From an uncultured Gemmatimonadota bacterium (lineage in GTDB: Bacteria > Gemmatimonadota > Gemmatimonadetes > Palauibacterales > Palauibacteraceae): a DNA stretch of 60,403 nucleotides. Position 1 is the first letter of the stretch, and every line of letters begins with the position of its first letter. Under the pieces are notes generated by a model that searched no databases, was not told the origin of the DNA, and saw nothing but the letters and a program-made list of their open reading frames with translations. The stretch spans positions 1-60,403 of the forward strand of contig CAZJXR010000002.1 in assembly GCA_964550085.1 (NCBI GenBank). Direction: 5' to 3'. Positions 9,890 through 21,959 of this stretch are shown one piece after another. The translations under genes and the position numbers were made by a program.

Positions 9890-10317
9890 TTGCCGCCTCC
9901 CGGCTGCGACGGCGGATCACCGGCGGGCGGCGACTGCCCGGGTCCCGGGTCGGCCTCCCCGGCTTCCCCGGCCGCGTCGTCCGGAGTGGCATCCGTCCCC
10001 TCCGCTTCCAGCACCGAGGTGGGGGCCTCCGGCACCTGGGCGCCGAACTCCCCGCGCAGGATCGACTCCGGCGCGCCGACCGTGTGAGTGGACAGAACGG
10101 ACAGCACCAGGGCCACGAACATGAACACGCCCCCGCCGATCCAGCTCAGGCGGGTGAGGAGATTCGCGGCTTGACGGCCCCCGATGAACGAATCGGTGGA
10201 GGATGAAGCGCCCCCGAACTCCGCCGCCAGCCCCCCACCCTTCCCCGATTGGAGGAGGATGATGAGGATGAGGAGCAAGGCCACGACACTGATGAGCACG
10301 AGCAGAAAACCGAACAT
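9886..10317 (-). CDS. secG: preprotein translocase subunit SecG with acidic/Pro-rich C-terminal tail
   Basis: Start ATG 10317: MFGFLLVLISVVALLLILIILLQSGKGGGLAAEFGG...RLSWIGGGVFMFVALVLSVL. Two TM helices and the LLQ.GKGGGL SecG signature. Confidence 0.8.
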   Translation of the reverse strand: MFGFLLVLISVVALLLILIILLQSGKGGGLAAEFGGASSSTDSFIGGRQAANLLTRLSWIGGGVFMFVALVLSVLSTHTVGAPESILRGEFGAQVPEAPTSVLEAEGTDATPDDAAGEAGEADPGPGQSPPAGDPPSQPGGGN

Positions 10318-10459
10318 CGCCGCATCTCGCCTGTAACAACGAAGGCGCGCACCGTCCGGCACGCGCCTCTCACGGACCCGCCGGGCCGCACCGTCCCGGC
10401 GCAACACCACGAACTTACCGCCGGCGCGCGGATCGAGTCAACAACCGCGCGGTCGCCGC

Positions 10460-11230
10460 TCAGGACCTCAGTTCCACGTCCGCGATACGGGCGAAGCTGT
10501 CCGCTTCCAGGCTGGCACCTCCGACCAGCACTCCATCGACGCCCTCGGCCGCCATCAGCTCCCCGATGTTGGTCGGCTTCACGCTGCCGCCGTACAGGAT
10601 GACGGCGTCCTCGGCGATGGATGGATCGGCGCCGGTCGCGATCAGCGAGCGGACGATGGCGTGGGCGTTTGCCGCGTCAGCCGGCTCCGCCGTTCGTCCG
10701 GTACCGATCGCCCACACCGGCTCGTAGGCGTAGCGCAGGCGGGCGCGCGCCGACGAGTCGACGGCGCCGAGGACGGCCCCCAGCTGCCGCCCCAGCACCT
10801 CCTCCAAGGCTCCACTCTCGCGCTCCTCGAGCGTCTCTCCCACACACACGAGGGGAATAAGGTCGGCCGCGAGGAGTCGGCGGACTTTGGCGGCCACCAT
10901 CTCATCCGTATCACCGAATTCCCGACGCCGCTCCGAATGACCGGCCAGTCCCCAACGAGCGCCGGCATCGCGGGCCATGCGCGCCGACACAGCGCCGGTG
11001 TGAGCGCCTTCGGCCTCGGAGTGGACATCCTGGATTCCTACCTCGATGTCGGATCGGCCGGCGAACGCCTCCACCAGGGCGACGATGCTGACCGCCGGTG
11101 GGAAGAACAGCAACCGACGGTCGGACCGGGGCGTGTAGGCATCCCGAAAGGCGCCGGCGAACGCGCGTGCCTCGCCGGGTCCCTTGAACATCTTCCAGTT
11201 GGCCGCGAACAGCGGCACCCGTCGGCTCAT
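10460..11230 (-). CDS. tpiA: triosephosphate isomerase
   Basis: Start ATG 11230 overlaps the pgk stop (ATGA): MSRRVPLFAANWKMFKG, LAGHSERR, VCVGE, YEPVWAIGTG, ILYGGSV. The track ORF (to 11476) is over-extended. Confidence 0.95.
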   Translation of the reverse strand: MSRRVPLFAANWKMFKGPGEARAFAGAFRDAYTPRSDRRLLFFPPAVSIVALVEAFAGRSDIEVGIQDVHSEAEGAHTGAVSARMARDAGARWGLAGHSERRREFGDTDEMVAAKVRRLLAADLIPLVCVGETLEERESGALEEVLGRQLGAVLGAVDSSARARLRYAYEPVWAIGTGRTAEPADAANAHAIVRSLIATGADPSIAEDAVILYGGSVKPTNIGELMAAEGVDGVLVGGASLEADSFARIADVELRS

Positions 11231-12426
11231 GCGTCGTCGAGGACCTCGATGCCGGGCAGCGAGCCATGGGCCAGGTACTCCATGGCGGCCCCTCCCCCGG
11301 TCGAGACGTGGGACACCTGCTCGCTCAGGCCGGCCGCCCGAATGGCGCTCGCCGAGTCGCCGCCGCCGACCACGGTAAACGCACCACCGCTGGTCGCCTT
11401 GGCGGCGGCCATCGCGACCGCAAATGTGCCGGCCTCGAAGGTGGGATTTTCGAACAGACCCATGGGGCCGTTCCAAAAGAAGGTGTTCGAGGCTTCGATC
11501 TGGCGCGCGTAAGCCGCGGCGGTGTCGGGTCCGATGTCGAACGCCGACGCCTCGTCGGGGATCTCAGTTGCCGGACTGACCCGCGTGTGTTCGGGGTCGG
11601 CGTCGGGGTCGGCGGCGACGACGAGATCCGTTGGCAGGCGGATTCGCTCGCCACCGCGGTCCAGAAGCGCCGCGGCGAGCTCCAGCGCATCCTCCTCGAC
11701 CAGCGACCGCCCGGTCGGGAGTCCGGAAGCGCGCAGAAACGTGTTCGCCATCGCTCCCCCGATGAGCAGCGAATCCGCCCGTTCGAGGAAAAAGTCGAGC
11801 AGCGGCAGCTTGTCTGCGATCTTTGCGCCACCGAACGCAATCGCGAACGGGCGGGCCGTGTCACGCCGACGCAGGGCACTGAGAGCGTCGAGCTCTTGCT
11901 GGACAAGGAGGCCGGCGACGGCCGGCCGCAGGAACTCCGTCACCCCGACGACGGACGCGTGGGCGCGGTGCGTGGAACCGAACGCGTCGTTCACGAACAG
12001 GTCACCGAGCGCGGCCAGCCGCCTCGCCAGCTCCGGATCGTTCCTCGTCTCGCCGGGAAGAAACCGGGTGTTCTCGAGCAGTAGGATCTGTCCCTCGCCC
12101 AGCGCCCGGCTGGCCGCGACCGCGTCGCTCGAATCGGCCGGGGAGGCGAACTCGACCGTCGCCCCACACGCCGATGCCACTACCGGCACCAGTGGTTCGA
12201 GCGTGTAGCGAGCGTCGAAGTCGCCTTTCGGACGCCCGAGGTGAGAGAGGAGCACCGGGCGGGCCCCTCGTTCGAGGAGCAGCGACAGCGTCGGTACGGT
12301 CGCGCGGACACGAGTGTCGTCCTGGACCGTTCCGTCGTCCGCCAGCGGCACGTTGTAGTCGACTCGGACCAGGGCCCGGCGGGCGGCCAACTCTTCCGGC
12401 CGTAGGTCGGTGACGGCGCGCTTCAC
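11227..12426 (-). CDS. pgk: phosphoglycerate kinase
   Basis: RVDYNVPL, LSHLGRPKG, LLENTRF..GE, FVNDAFGSTHRAHAS, GGAKIADKL, FWNGPMGLFE, GGGDSA. Confidence 0.97.
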   Translation of the reverse strand: MKRAVTDLRPEELAARRALVRVDYNVPLADDGTVQDDTRVRATVPTLSLLLERGARPVLLSHLGRPKGDFDARYTLEPLVPVVASACGATVEFASPADSSDAVAASRALGEGQILLLENTRFLPGETRNDPELARRLAALGDLFVNDAFGSTHRAHASVVGVTEFLRPAVAGLLVQQELDALSALRRRDTARPFAIAFGGAKIADKLPLLDFFLERADSLLIGGAMANTFLRASGLPTGRSLVEEDALELAAALLDRGGERIRLPTDLVVAADPDADPEHTRVSPATEIPDEASAFDIGPDTAAAYARQIEASNTFFWNGPMGLFENPTFEAGTFAVAMAAAKATSGGAFTVVGGGDSASAIRAAGLSEQVSHVSTGGGAAMEYLAHGSLPGIEVLDDA

Positions 12427-12495
12427 CGCCCCGCCGTTCGGCGACCGGCGCGGGTGGAGCGGCGATCGACAGGACGACCGGGAGCCGCGGCCAAC

Positions 12496-14308
<1,813 letters not shown>

Positions 14309-14312
<4 letters not shown>

Positions 14313-15169
14313 GCGTGCAGCTCCAGCGCGGCCCGTCCGGCCCGGCGCATCGTCTCCAGGGGCGGCTCGTGCCCGATCCAGTTTCGAATCGAGAGGGCGG
14401 CCTGGCGCACCAGCATTTCGAACCCATCCGCCACCACAAGTCCACGCCGCCGCGCCTCTCGAGTCCACGCCGTCCCATCGGGCCCGTACACGAGGTCGAA
14501 AGCCGCGGCCGCCCTCACCAGGCTCAATTCGAGCGGCAGCGGGTCGTTCGGCGATAGCCCGAGGCTGGTCGCATTGACGATCAGATCGTAGCTGCCAGGA
14601 GGAGGCCCCGGCTGAAGCACACTCACGGTCGGCCGCGCCGCGGCTACCTCGCGCACCAGGCGACGCGCGTTCTCGATCGATCGGTTGAGGATCGACACCC
14701 GTCGCGCCCCCCGTTCGAGGCAGCCGTAGAGGACGGCACGCGCCCCCCCGCCCGCCCCCAGCAGCAGGACGTCGGCTCCTGTGAGGCGACCGCCCGGCAG
14801 CGCCTCGACGGCATCCACGAACGCGGCGACGTCCGTGTTGTCCCCGGCGACGCGGCCGCCGGGCAGTCCCCAAAAGCAGTTGCACGCCCCGCACCCGCGC
14901 ACGGCGTGAGTCGGCTCATCGATCAACGTCGCCACCTCCAGCTTGTGCGGAACCGTGACGTTGCCGCCTCCGCCGCGAGCCAGCGAGCGCACCGTCTCCG
15001 GGAGCTCTGCCGTCCGCGTCCGGAGCGTGCGATAGGTGGCGTCCACGCCGAGGGCCGCAAACGCAGCGGCGCAGATGGCCGGCGACACCGAGTGCGCGAC
15101 CGGATCCCCGATGAGTGCGAAGCGGCGGGTGCTCGAGGGGTTGGTCACCGCTCGCGCATGCAGTCTCAA
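14309..15169 (-). CDS. aroE: shikimate dehydrogenase
   Basis: FALIGDPVAHSVSPAI, NVTVPHK, NTD, LLLGAGGGARAV Rossmann motif. Start uncertain (TTG 15169 is the first plausible start after the upstream gene's stop at 15214). The track ORF to 15766 is over-extended. Confidence 0.85.
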
Positions 15170-15213
15170 AACGCTCCGGGGGGAGGGAGAACGAACATCG
15201 GCGAAGGGAGTCC

Positions 15214-15735
15214 TCAGGGCGACACGATGGGGCGGAGGCGATCGAACAGGCCGGCGATGGACGCTTCCACAAGCCGCAGAGTCTCCGCGTACGCAGCGGT
15301 GCTGCCCCCGACCGGATCCACGACCGGGGCGCGATACGCCGCGTGGTCTTCGGGCAGGAAGCTCGTCAGCAGGGCTGTCTTCGAAGCGGCCCCCAGGTCG
15401 CGCGCCACGCGCAGGTGGGATTCGCTCATCCCGACCACCAGATCCGCCCACTCGATCGCCTGCGGGGTGATCATCGCCGCGCGATGACCGCTCAGATCGA
15501 CACCACCCAGCTCCGCCACCTCGCGCGCTCCCGCCGATGCCGGTTCCCCATCGGTAGCGAAGATGCCCGCCGAACGCGCCTCCACCGTACTCCAGCCCCG
15601 GAGGCTCGACTCCCGGCGAGCGATTGCTTCGGCCAGGGGGCTCCGGCAGGTGTTGCCCGTGCACACGAACAGCAGCCGGTACGGCTCGCCCACCACCCCG
15701 CTTGGATCTCCCGCGACGCCGCTCGGCTCGCTCAT
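15214..15735 (-). CDS. low-molecular-weight protein tyrosine/arginine phosphatase family protein
   Basis: LLFVCTGNTCRSPLAE (CX5R(S/T) P-loop) and a downstream DP acid motif (VVDPVGG). ATG 15735 overlaps the stop of the upstream gene (ATGA). Confidence 0.85.
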   Translation of the reverse strand: MSEPSGVAGDPSGVVGEPYRLLFVCTGNTCRSPLAEAIARRESSLRGWSTVEARSAGIFATDGEPASAGAREVAELGGVDLSGHRAAMITPQAIEWADLVVGMSESHLRVARDLGAASKTALLTSFLPEDHAAYRAPVVDPVGGSTAAYAETLRLVEASIAGLFDRLRPIVSP

Positions 15736-16382
15736 GCGCTGGTGATCGCCTCCTCGATGCACTCACGGATCGCGTCGGGCGACACCGAACCGACCCGGAG
15801 GATGCGCGCCGGCTGCTCCCGCAGCGACAACAGGGTCGAGGGAGGAGATGCCGGCAAATCGCCCGCCTCGATGAACAGCAGCCGCGACCGCGGCTCGGGA
15901 AGCCGGTCCAAGACCCGGCGGATCGCGCCCGGGGAACGGGCAGGTCGTTGGCCGCTCAGGTTCACGCTGCTCGAGCTCATCAGTTTGCCCCAGCTCTCGA
16001 GGATCGCGCCCAGCACCGGGTGCGAATCCACGCGGACCGCGATTCCCGACTGCGTACCGTCATCTAGCACCAACGTCAGCGGTCCCGGCCAGAAGCGGTC
16101 GGCCAGCCGGGTGGCGCGCGCATCCCAGCGGAGACCCGGAATCTGATTCTGCACCGTGGTCGGGGCGGCGGCGAGGCGAACGAGCGGCACGGTCGAGGAT
16201 CGTCCCTTCAGCCGCCCCACCTCGGCATCGACCGCGGGAGTGGCCGCGCCGCCGATGCCGTAGATGGTGGAGGTCGGGTGCACGACCAGTCCCCCTTCGC
16301 GCAGGACCTGCACGGCTGCGGCGACCGCGCGCGTCCGCTCGGCTCCACCCCGACCGGCGGACAGCTCTTCGAAGCGGCTCAC
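15732..16382 (-). CDS. tsaC: L-threonylcarbamoyladenylate synthase (YrdC/Sua5/TsaC family)
   Basis: VVHPTSTIYGIGG, RLKGR....PLV, FWPGPLTLVL, SSSVNLSGQ are YrdC-domain motifs. Start overlaps the ispD stop. Confidence 0.85.
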   Translation of the reverse strand: MSRFEELSAGRGGAERTRAVAAAVQVLREGGLVVHPTSTIYGIGGAATPAVDAEVGRLKGRSSTVPLVRLAAAPTTVQNQIPGLRWDARATRLADRFWPGPLTLVLDDGTQSGIAVRVDSHPVLGAILESWGKLMSSSSVNLSGQRPARSPGAIRRVLDRLPEPRSRLLFIEAGDLPASPPSTLLSLREQPARILRVGSVSPDAIRECIEEAITSA

Positions 16383-17059
16383 GCAGTGCGGATCCCCTCA
16401 CTGATGACCCATTCGGCGAACGCGAAGTCGGCCCGAGTCGTGATCTTGATGTTGAACGGATCGCCGTCGACGGTGCGGACCTCCATCCCCGCCTCCTCGC
16501 ACAGTGCCGCGTCGTCGGTGGCCTCGCTGCCCTCCCGCGCCGCCCGCTCGTGTTGCTCTCGAAGCAGGTCGAAGGGAAACCCCTGGGGTGTCTGGACCCT
16601 GGCCAGAGAATCGCGGTTCAGGGTGCGCACGGCTCGACCCGCCGCGTCGAGCTCCTTGATCGTGTCCTCGACCGGAAGAACGGGGATCGTGGCTGCGAGG
16701 CAGGCCGAATCGGTCACCCGCTCGATCAGCGATCCGGTGACGAAAGGGCGGGCGGCGTCGTGAACCAACACCACCTCCACCGGCTCGCGGACCGATTGCA
16801 GACCGGCCCGCACGGACGCGCGGCGCGAACCGCCGCCGGCGGTCAGGGTGATTGCAGGCTCGTCCAGCCACTTGGGCGGCGAGGCCGCCGTTCGAGGCGG
16901 AACGACGAGCACCACCTGTTCCACGAACGCGCACGAGGCGAAGGCCCGACGCGACCACTCCAACAGCGGGATGCCGCCCAGGCCCTGAAACTGCTTTGGG
17001 GTCCTTCCTCCGAAACGGCGACCCGAGCCGGCAGCCACGATGACGACGGCGACCGTCAC
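16379..17059 (-). CDS. ispD: 2-C-methyl-D-erythritol 4-phosphate cytidylyltransferase
   Basis: VVIVAAGSGRRFG...PKQF, VLVHDAARPF, VQTPQGF. Start overlaps the radA stop. Confidence 0.9.
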   Translation of the reverse strand: MTVAVVIVAAGSGRRFGGRTPKQFQGLGGIPLLEWSRRAFASCAFVEQVVLVVPPRTAASPPKWLDEPAITLTAGGGSRRASVRAGLQSVREPVEVVLVHDAARPFVTGSLIERVTDSACLAATIPVLPVEDTIKELDAAGRAVRTLNRDSLARVQTPQGFPFDLLREQHERAAREGSEATDDAALCEEAGMEVRTVDGDPFNIKITTRADFAFAEWVISEGIRTA

Positions 17060-18414
17060 CGGTCGCGGAGCAGATCGAGGATCTCGCGCACGTGCTCCAG
17101 CGTCCGGAGCTCGACCCGGCCCGTTCCCCCGCCTGCTCCCGACAGCGAGACGGGCACGAACACTGTTCCCACCGCCGCTCTCTCCGCGGCCCGCACGCGC
17201 TGCTCGGCCAGGCCCGCGCCGCGGATCTCGCCCCCGAGTCCCACCTCGCCGACGAACGCCGAGGCCGACGGGAACGGTCGATCGAGCTCGGCCGATGCGA
17301 GAGCCGCCACCAGCGCCAGATCGGCTCCCGGGTCGGCGAGCCGCAACCCTCCCACCACGTTCACGAACACATCCGAGTCGGCCAGCTGCAACCCTGCCCG
17401 GCGCTCGAGAACCGCGAGAATCAGGGCCAGCCGCCGGGGCGGAAAGCCGGGGGCGACGCGTTGCGGGGTGGCGAAGCGGGCGCGCGTGGCCAGCGCCTGC
17501 ACCTCGGCGACGAGAGCTCGCGATCCCTGGACCGGGAGCGCCACCGCCGCTCCGCTCACCGGAGCGCCGCGCTCGGGCAGGAAGAGCTGCGACGGGTCAT
17601 CGACAGGCTCCAGCCCCTTTGACGTCATGCGAAAGGCCGCGATTTCATCAGCGCTTCCGAACCGGTTCTTGCTCGCACGCAGAATGCGGTGATCCAAGGT
17701 CCGCTGACCGTCGAAGTGGAGAACCACGTCGACCAGGTGCTCAAGCATGCGTGGTCCGGCCAGCGCGCCTCCCTTGGTCACGTGGCCGACGAGCAGGGTG
17801 GCCGCGCCGGCACGCTTGGCGTACGCCTGGAGGATGGCAGCGCTTTCGCGCACCTGCGAGACGGTGCCTGGCGCCGAATCGAGGCGGTTCGTACTCATCG
17901 TCTGAATCGAATCGATGCACAACGCCGCCGGATCCACCCGCTGCGCCACGTCGATCACTTCATCGACGTCGGTCGAAGGGAGAAACAGCACCTCCGTGGT
18001 GCCACCACCCAGCCTCCGGGCGCGCAGTCGCACCTGATCCGCAGACTCCTCTCCCGACACGTACAGGACCCGGCGCCCCATGGCAGCCAGCTGACCGGCG
18101 AGCTGGAGGAGCAGCGTCGACTTGCCGATGCCGGGCACTCCCCCCAGGAGGACGAGCGACCCGGGCACAAGCCCTCCCCCAAGAACGAGGTCCAGCTCGC
18201 CGACCTCCGATCGGATTCGCGCCGCCGGTGAGTCCGACGAGGCACCGAGCGGGGCGGCGATGGAGTCCTGCTGCGGTGCGGCGCGGCCGCGCCGGCGAGG
18301 AAGCGGGCGAGCGACCATCGCGTTCCATGCTCCGCACGAGGCGCAGCGGCCTTCCCAGCGCAGGCTCTCGGCCCCGCACTCGGCGCACACATACGTCTGC
18401 TTGGTGGCGGTCAT
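17056..18414 (-). CDS. radA: DNA repair protein RadA/Sms
   Basis: N-terminal zinc ribbon YVCAECGAESLRWEGRCASCGAWN, Walker A GGVPGIGKSTL, KNRFG motif, Lon-like C-terminal domain. Confidence 0.97.
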   Translation of the reverse strand: MTATKQTYVCAECGAESLRWEGRCASCGAWNAMVARPLPRRRGRAAPQQDSIAAPLGASSDSPAARIRSEVGELDLVLGGGLVPGSLVLLGGVPGIGKSTLLLQLAGQLAAMGRRVLYVSGEESADQVRLRARRLGGGTTEVLFLPSTDVDEVIDVAQRVDPAALCIDSIQTMSTNRLDSAPGTVSQVRESAAILQAYAKRAGAATLLVGHVTKGGALAGPRMLEHLVDVVLHFDGQRTLDHRILRASKNRFGSADEIAAFRMTSKGLEPVDDPSQLFLPERGAPVSGAAVALPVQGSRALVAEVQALATRARFATPQRVAPGFPPRRLALILAVLERRAGLQLADSDVFVNVVGGLRLADPGADLALVAALASAELDRPFPSASAFVGEVGLGGEIRGAGLAEQRVRAAERAAVGTVFVPVSLSGAGGGTGRVELRTLEHVREILDLLRDR

Positions 18415-18477
18415 GAACGTGGCCCTCGATGGAGGGTGCGGCGGCCCATCACGCGGCCATCAACGGCGGGCGAAGAC

Positions 18478-19863
18478 TCATTCCTCCTGGAGTCGGGTCA
18501 GGGATTCGAAAAGCGTGTACTGCTTGTGAAAGTAGAGATCGACCTCGCCGGTCGGACCGTTGCGCTGCTTGCCGATGATCAGATTCGCCTTTCCCTCCAG
18601 CGAGTTGCCGTCCTTGTCCACCGGTCCCTTATACACCTCCTCGCGATACACGAAGATCACCACGTCGGCGTCCTGCTCGATCGCACCCGACTCGCGCAGG
18701 TCGGCGAGAACCGGACGGTGGTCGGTCCGCTGCTCCGGTGCCCGCGACAGCTGCGAGAGCGCCACCAGAGGAACTCCGAGCTCTTTCGATACTGCCTTCA
18801 GGTTGCGGGAGATGGCGCTGATCTCCTGCTGGCGGTTCTCCACATCCCGGGGACCCGTCATCAGCTGCAGGTAGTCCACCACCACGAGCCCGAGCCCCAC
18901 CTCCGCCGCCAGACGGCGGGCCTTGGCCCGGAGCTCGAGGGCCGAGATCGCGGCCGTGTCATCGATCCAGATGGGGGCGGTGTTGAGGTGGCCGGCGGCG
19001 GTGGCCAGCCGCGCGTACTCGTCATCCTGCAGCCGTCCGCGCCGCAGACGCCCCGAGTCGACCCGCCCTTCGGCGCATAGCAGGCGCTCCACCAGCTGTT
19101 CCTTCGACATCTCCAGCGAGAAGAAGGCGACGTGGACACCGGCGTCGATCGAGGCGTGCTGGGCGATGTTGAGCGCCAGCGCGGTCTTGCCCATGGATGG
19201 ACGGCCGGCGATCACAATCAGATCGCCAGGCTGGAATCCAACCGTGAGGCGGTCGAGATCGGCAAAGCCGCTCGGCACTCCGGTCACCGTCCCCGGGTTC
19301 TGTTGTAGCTCTTCGATGCGCTCGAACGTCGGCCACAGAATCTCCTTGATCCACACGAAGCCGCGCCGCTCCGCGGCCTGCGCGATCCGGAAGATTCGTT
19401 GCTCAGCCCGATCGAGCGCGTCCTCGACCTCTCCGGCCGCGACCGTGTATGCCTCCTGCACGATTTCGGTCGCGGATTCAATGAGACTGCGCAGGATGGA
19501 CTTCTCGCGCAGGATTCTGCAGTGGTACTCGATGTTGGCCGCCGTCGGCACCGCATCGACGAGCTGGGCTACGTACGCCATCCCGCCCGCGGCGTCGAGC
19601 GCTCCGGCCGACTTCAGCTCGTCGGTCAGAGTAACCACATCGATCACCTCGCGGCGGCCGTAGAGCCGCACCATGGCCCGGAACAGCCGCCGGTTCGCCT
19701 CCCGGTAAAAAGCGGTATCGTCGATCAGCTCGACCGCACGGACGACCGCGTCGCCATCGATGAGCATGGCGCCGAGCACGGAGATCTCGGCCTCTTCGGA
19801 CCAAGGGATCTGTCGGCCGCTGAACGTGCGTGGCTCCCGGATCGCCAGGGTGCTGTCAACCAT
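18478..19863 (-). CDS. dnaB: replicative DNA helicase DnaB (no intein)
   Basis: P.S.EAE.SVLGAML, GVPSGF.DLD, Walker A AGRPSMGKTA, VVVDYLQLM, ALSQLSR, IIGKQRNGPTG. The 461-aa length argues against any insertion. Confidence 0.97.
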   Translation of the reverse strand: MVDSTLAIREPRTFSGRQIPWSEEAEISVLGAMLIDGDAVVRAVELIDDTAFYREANRRLFRAMVRLYGRREVIDVVTLTDELKSAGALDAAGGMAYVAQLVDAVPTAANIEYHCRILREKSILRSLIESATEIVQEAYTVAAGEVEDALDRAEQRIFRIAQAAERRGFVWIKEILWPTFERIEELQQNPGTVTGVPSGFADLDRLTVGFQPGDLIVIAGRPSMGKTALALNIAQHASIDAGVHVAFFSLEMSKEQLVERLLCAEGRVDSGRLRRGRLQDDEYARLATAAGHLNTAPIWIDDTAAISALELRAKARRLAAEVGLGLVVVDYLQLMTGPRDVENRQQEISAISRNLKAVSKELGVPLVALSQLSRAPEQRTDHRPVLADLRESGAIEQDADVVIFVYREEVYKGPVDKDGNSLEGKANLIIGKQRNGPTGEVDLYFHKQYTLFESLTRLQEE

Positions 19864-20764
19864 TCGCGAACAGATCCATGGTGGCGGGGTTCGATTCGGT
19901 TCGGGCGACGGTCGGCTCGTCGTCAGCGATGCGACGCACCGTCTGGAGGTCCTCCCACGTCTTGCGCGTCCAGCCCGGATTCCGCAACAGGGCCGCGGGA
20001 TGATAGGTGACGACGAGGGGATACCCCTGGTACAGATGCGTGCGTCCGCGCAGACGACCGATCGACTCGCGCGTGCCGAGCAGCGTCTGGGCGGCGAAGC
20101 TCCCGAACGCGACGATGACTCGCGGGGCGATCAGCCCGATCTGCCGGACCAGGAAGGGCGAGCAGGCCGCGATCTCGTCGGGCTGCGGGTTGCGATTCTG
20201 GGGTGGCCGGCACTTGAGGACGTTGCAGATGAACACCTCGCGACGTCGAAAGCCTACCGACAGGAGGAGCCGGTCCAGCAGCTGACCGGCGCGGCCGACG
20301 AACGGTCGTCCGGTCTCGTCCTCGCGGGCCCCGGGCGCTTCTCCCACACACACCACGTGCGCTTCCGGGTTGCCCTCGCCGAACACCACCGTGCGTCGGT
20401 TCCGGTGGAGGCCGCAGCGGACGCAGTGCTGCGCCACCGCGTCCAGGGTGGCCAGGTCGGGAAGGTCGCGCAGCTGTTCGCCGGTCGCGGTGGCGCCGAG
20501 CTCGACGGCTTCGGCCTCGGTTATCGACGGGGGTCGAGCCCCCGACTCCGGCTTGGATTCAGAGCCCGATCCGGCACCCTCGGCAGCGGACGTCGCGCTG
20601 TCTGAGACGGCGGCCGGAGCCGGCGAAGACGGTGGCTCCTGTTCTCCGATCGACAGTCGGCGGGCGGCCTCGAGCGCCTGTCGACGATCGATCAAAGTCA
20701 AGAATAGTTCGTCTTCGCCCAGAGACAGCCGTGTCTTCAGATAGTCTCGAAACAGGTCCCGCAC
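19856..20764 (-). CDS. uracil-DNA glycosylase, family 4, with ~130-aa low-complexity N-terminal extension
   Basis: CVRCGLH..R...VFGEGNPEAHVVCVGEAPG..ED..G.PFVG.AG, NVLKCRPP.NR.P, TYHPAALLR. GTG 20764 follows the coaBC stop by 1 nt. The track ORF to 20851 is over-extended. Confidence 0.85.
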   Translation of the reverse strand: MRDLFRDYLKTRLSLGEDELFLTLIDRRQALEAARRLSIGEQEPPSSPAPAAVSDSATSAAEGAGSGSESKPESGARPPSITEAEAVELGATATGEQLRDLPDLATLDAVAQHCVRCGLHRNRRTVVFGEGNPEAHVVCVGEAPGAREDETGRPFVGRAGQLLDRLLLSVGFRRREVFICNVLKCRPPQNRNPQPDEIAACSPFLVRQIGLIAPRVIVAFGSFAAQTLLGTRESIGRLRGRTHLYQGYPLVVTYHPAALLRNPGWTRKTWEDLQTVRRIADDEPTVARTESNPATMDLFANG

Positions 20765-20765
20765 T

Positions 20766-21959
20766 TCAGTCCGTGAGGAGGGTTTCAATCCGGTCGAGCA
20801 GTCTCTCGGCGACCTCCGGTTTGGGGAGGAGCGGCCATTCTTCGACCTCACCCGATCCGGTGAGGACGGTCACTCGATTCGTCAACGCGTCGAAGCCCGT
20901 TTCGGGGCCGACCTGGTTCAGCACCATCAGCTCGATACCCTTAGCGAGCTTGCGCGTCGCGTTGTCGATCGCGTGATCGGTTTCGAGCGCGAACCCGACC
21001 GTGAACACACCGAGCTCCTGTCGCCGGGCTCGTGTCTCCGCCAGCAGGTCTATCTCCGCCCGCAACCGCAGCGAAAGGTCGTTCGTCGCCTCGCGCTTGA
21101 TCTTCGACCCGGGGGGCTCGGCCGGACGAAAGTCTCCCACCGCGGCGTTCATGATCAGCACCGCCCCGACGTCGATCTCGCCCTCCAGCGCCGCCAACAT
21201 CTCTTCCGCATCCTCGACTTCGATCAGGCGCGGGCCGTGTGGCGCGGCGATCGTCGCTGGACCCGTGATCAGGGCAACGTTCGCACCCCGGCGCCACGCG
21301 GAGGCGGCGAGCGCGAAGCCCATGCGACCCGACGATCGATTGCTGATGAAGCGGACCGGGTCGATCGGCGCCCGGGTCGGGCCGGCGGTCACGATCACCC
21401 GGCGCCCGGTCAGAGCCGAGCCGGACTCCAGCAGCCGGCCCACTTCGGCCCGGATCACCTCCGGCTCTGCCATGCGGCCGAGCCCGATCTCGCCTTCGGC
21501 CAGCTCCCCGTGCTCCGGACCCAGCATCCGCACACCGTACGAGCGGAGCCGCTCGACGTTGGCGCGGGTGGCCGGGTGCTCCCACATGCGCACGTTCATC
21601 GCCGGGCACACGAGCACCGGACAGGCCGCGGCCAGCAGGGTGGCCGTTGCCATGTCGCTCGCGAGACCGTTCGCCATCCGCGCCAGGAGGTCCGCCGTGG
21701 CCGGGGCCACCACCGCGACATCCGCCTCCCGACCCAGATCGAGATGGGCGAGCGGCTCTTCCCACACGTCACGGTGGACTCGTCGTCCGGTGATCGCCTC
21801 GAACGTCACACCACCCACGAACCCTTCGCCCGCCTGCGTCAAGATCACGTCAACCGCCGCGCCGCAACGGCGCAGCTCGCGACACAGGTAGACTGCCTTG
21901 TACGCTGCGATGCCGCCCGACACGACCAGCAGCACCGCGCGGCCATCGAAGGGCCGCAC
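20766..21959 (-). CDS. coaBC: bifunctional phosphopantothenoylcysteine decarboxylase / phosphopantothenate--cysteine ligase
   Basis: LLVVSGGIAAYK flavoprotein motif, PAMN..MW, TAGPT.EPIDPVRFISNRSSG.MG ligase motif. 397 aa, the typical bifunctional size. Confidence 0.95.
   Translation of the reverse strand: MRPFDGRAVLLVVSGGIAAYKAVYLCRELRRCGAAVDVILTQAGEGFVGGVTFEAITGRRVHRDVWEEPLAHLDLGREADVAVVAPATADLLARMANGLASDMATATLLAAACPVLVCPAMNVRMWEHPATRANVERLRSYGVRMLGPEHGELAEGEIGLGRMAEPEVIRAEVGRLLESGSALTGRRVIVTAGPTRAPIDPVRFISNRSSGRMGFALAASAWRRGANVALITGPATIAAPHGPRLIEVEDAEEMLAALEGEIDVGAVLIMNAAVGDFRPAEPPGSKIKREATNDLSLRLRAEIDLLAETRARRQELGVFTVGFALETDHAIDNATRKLAKGIELMVLNQVGPETGFDALTNRVTVLTGSGEVEEWPLLPKPEVAERLLDRIETLLTD

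Noticed and set aside
17040-18416. 458-aa ORF on the plus strand covering the whole radA locus
   Set aside because: It is antisense to a gene with unmistakable RadA motifs. Its translation is Arg/Pro/Ala-rich low complexity, typical of stop-free antisense frames in GC-rich DNA.
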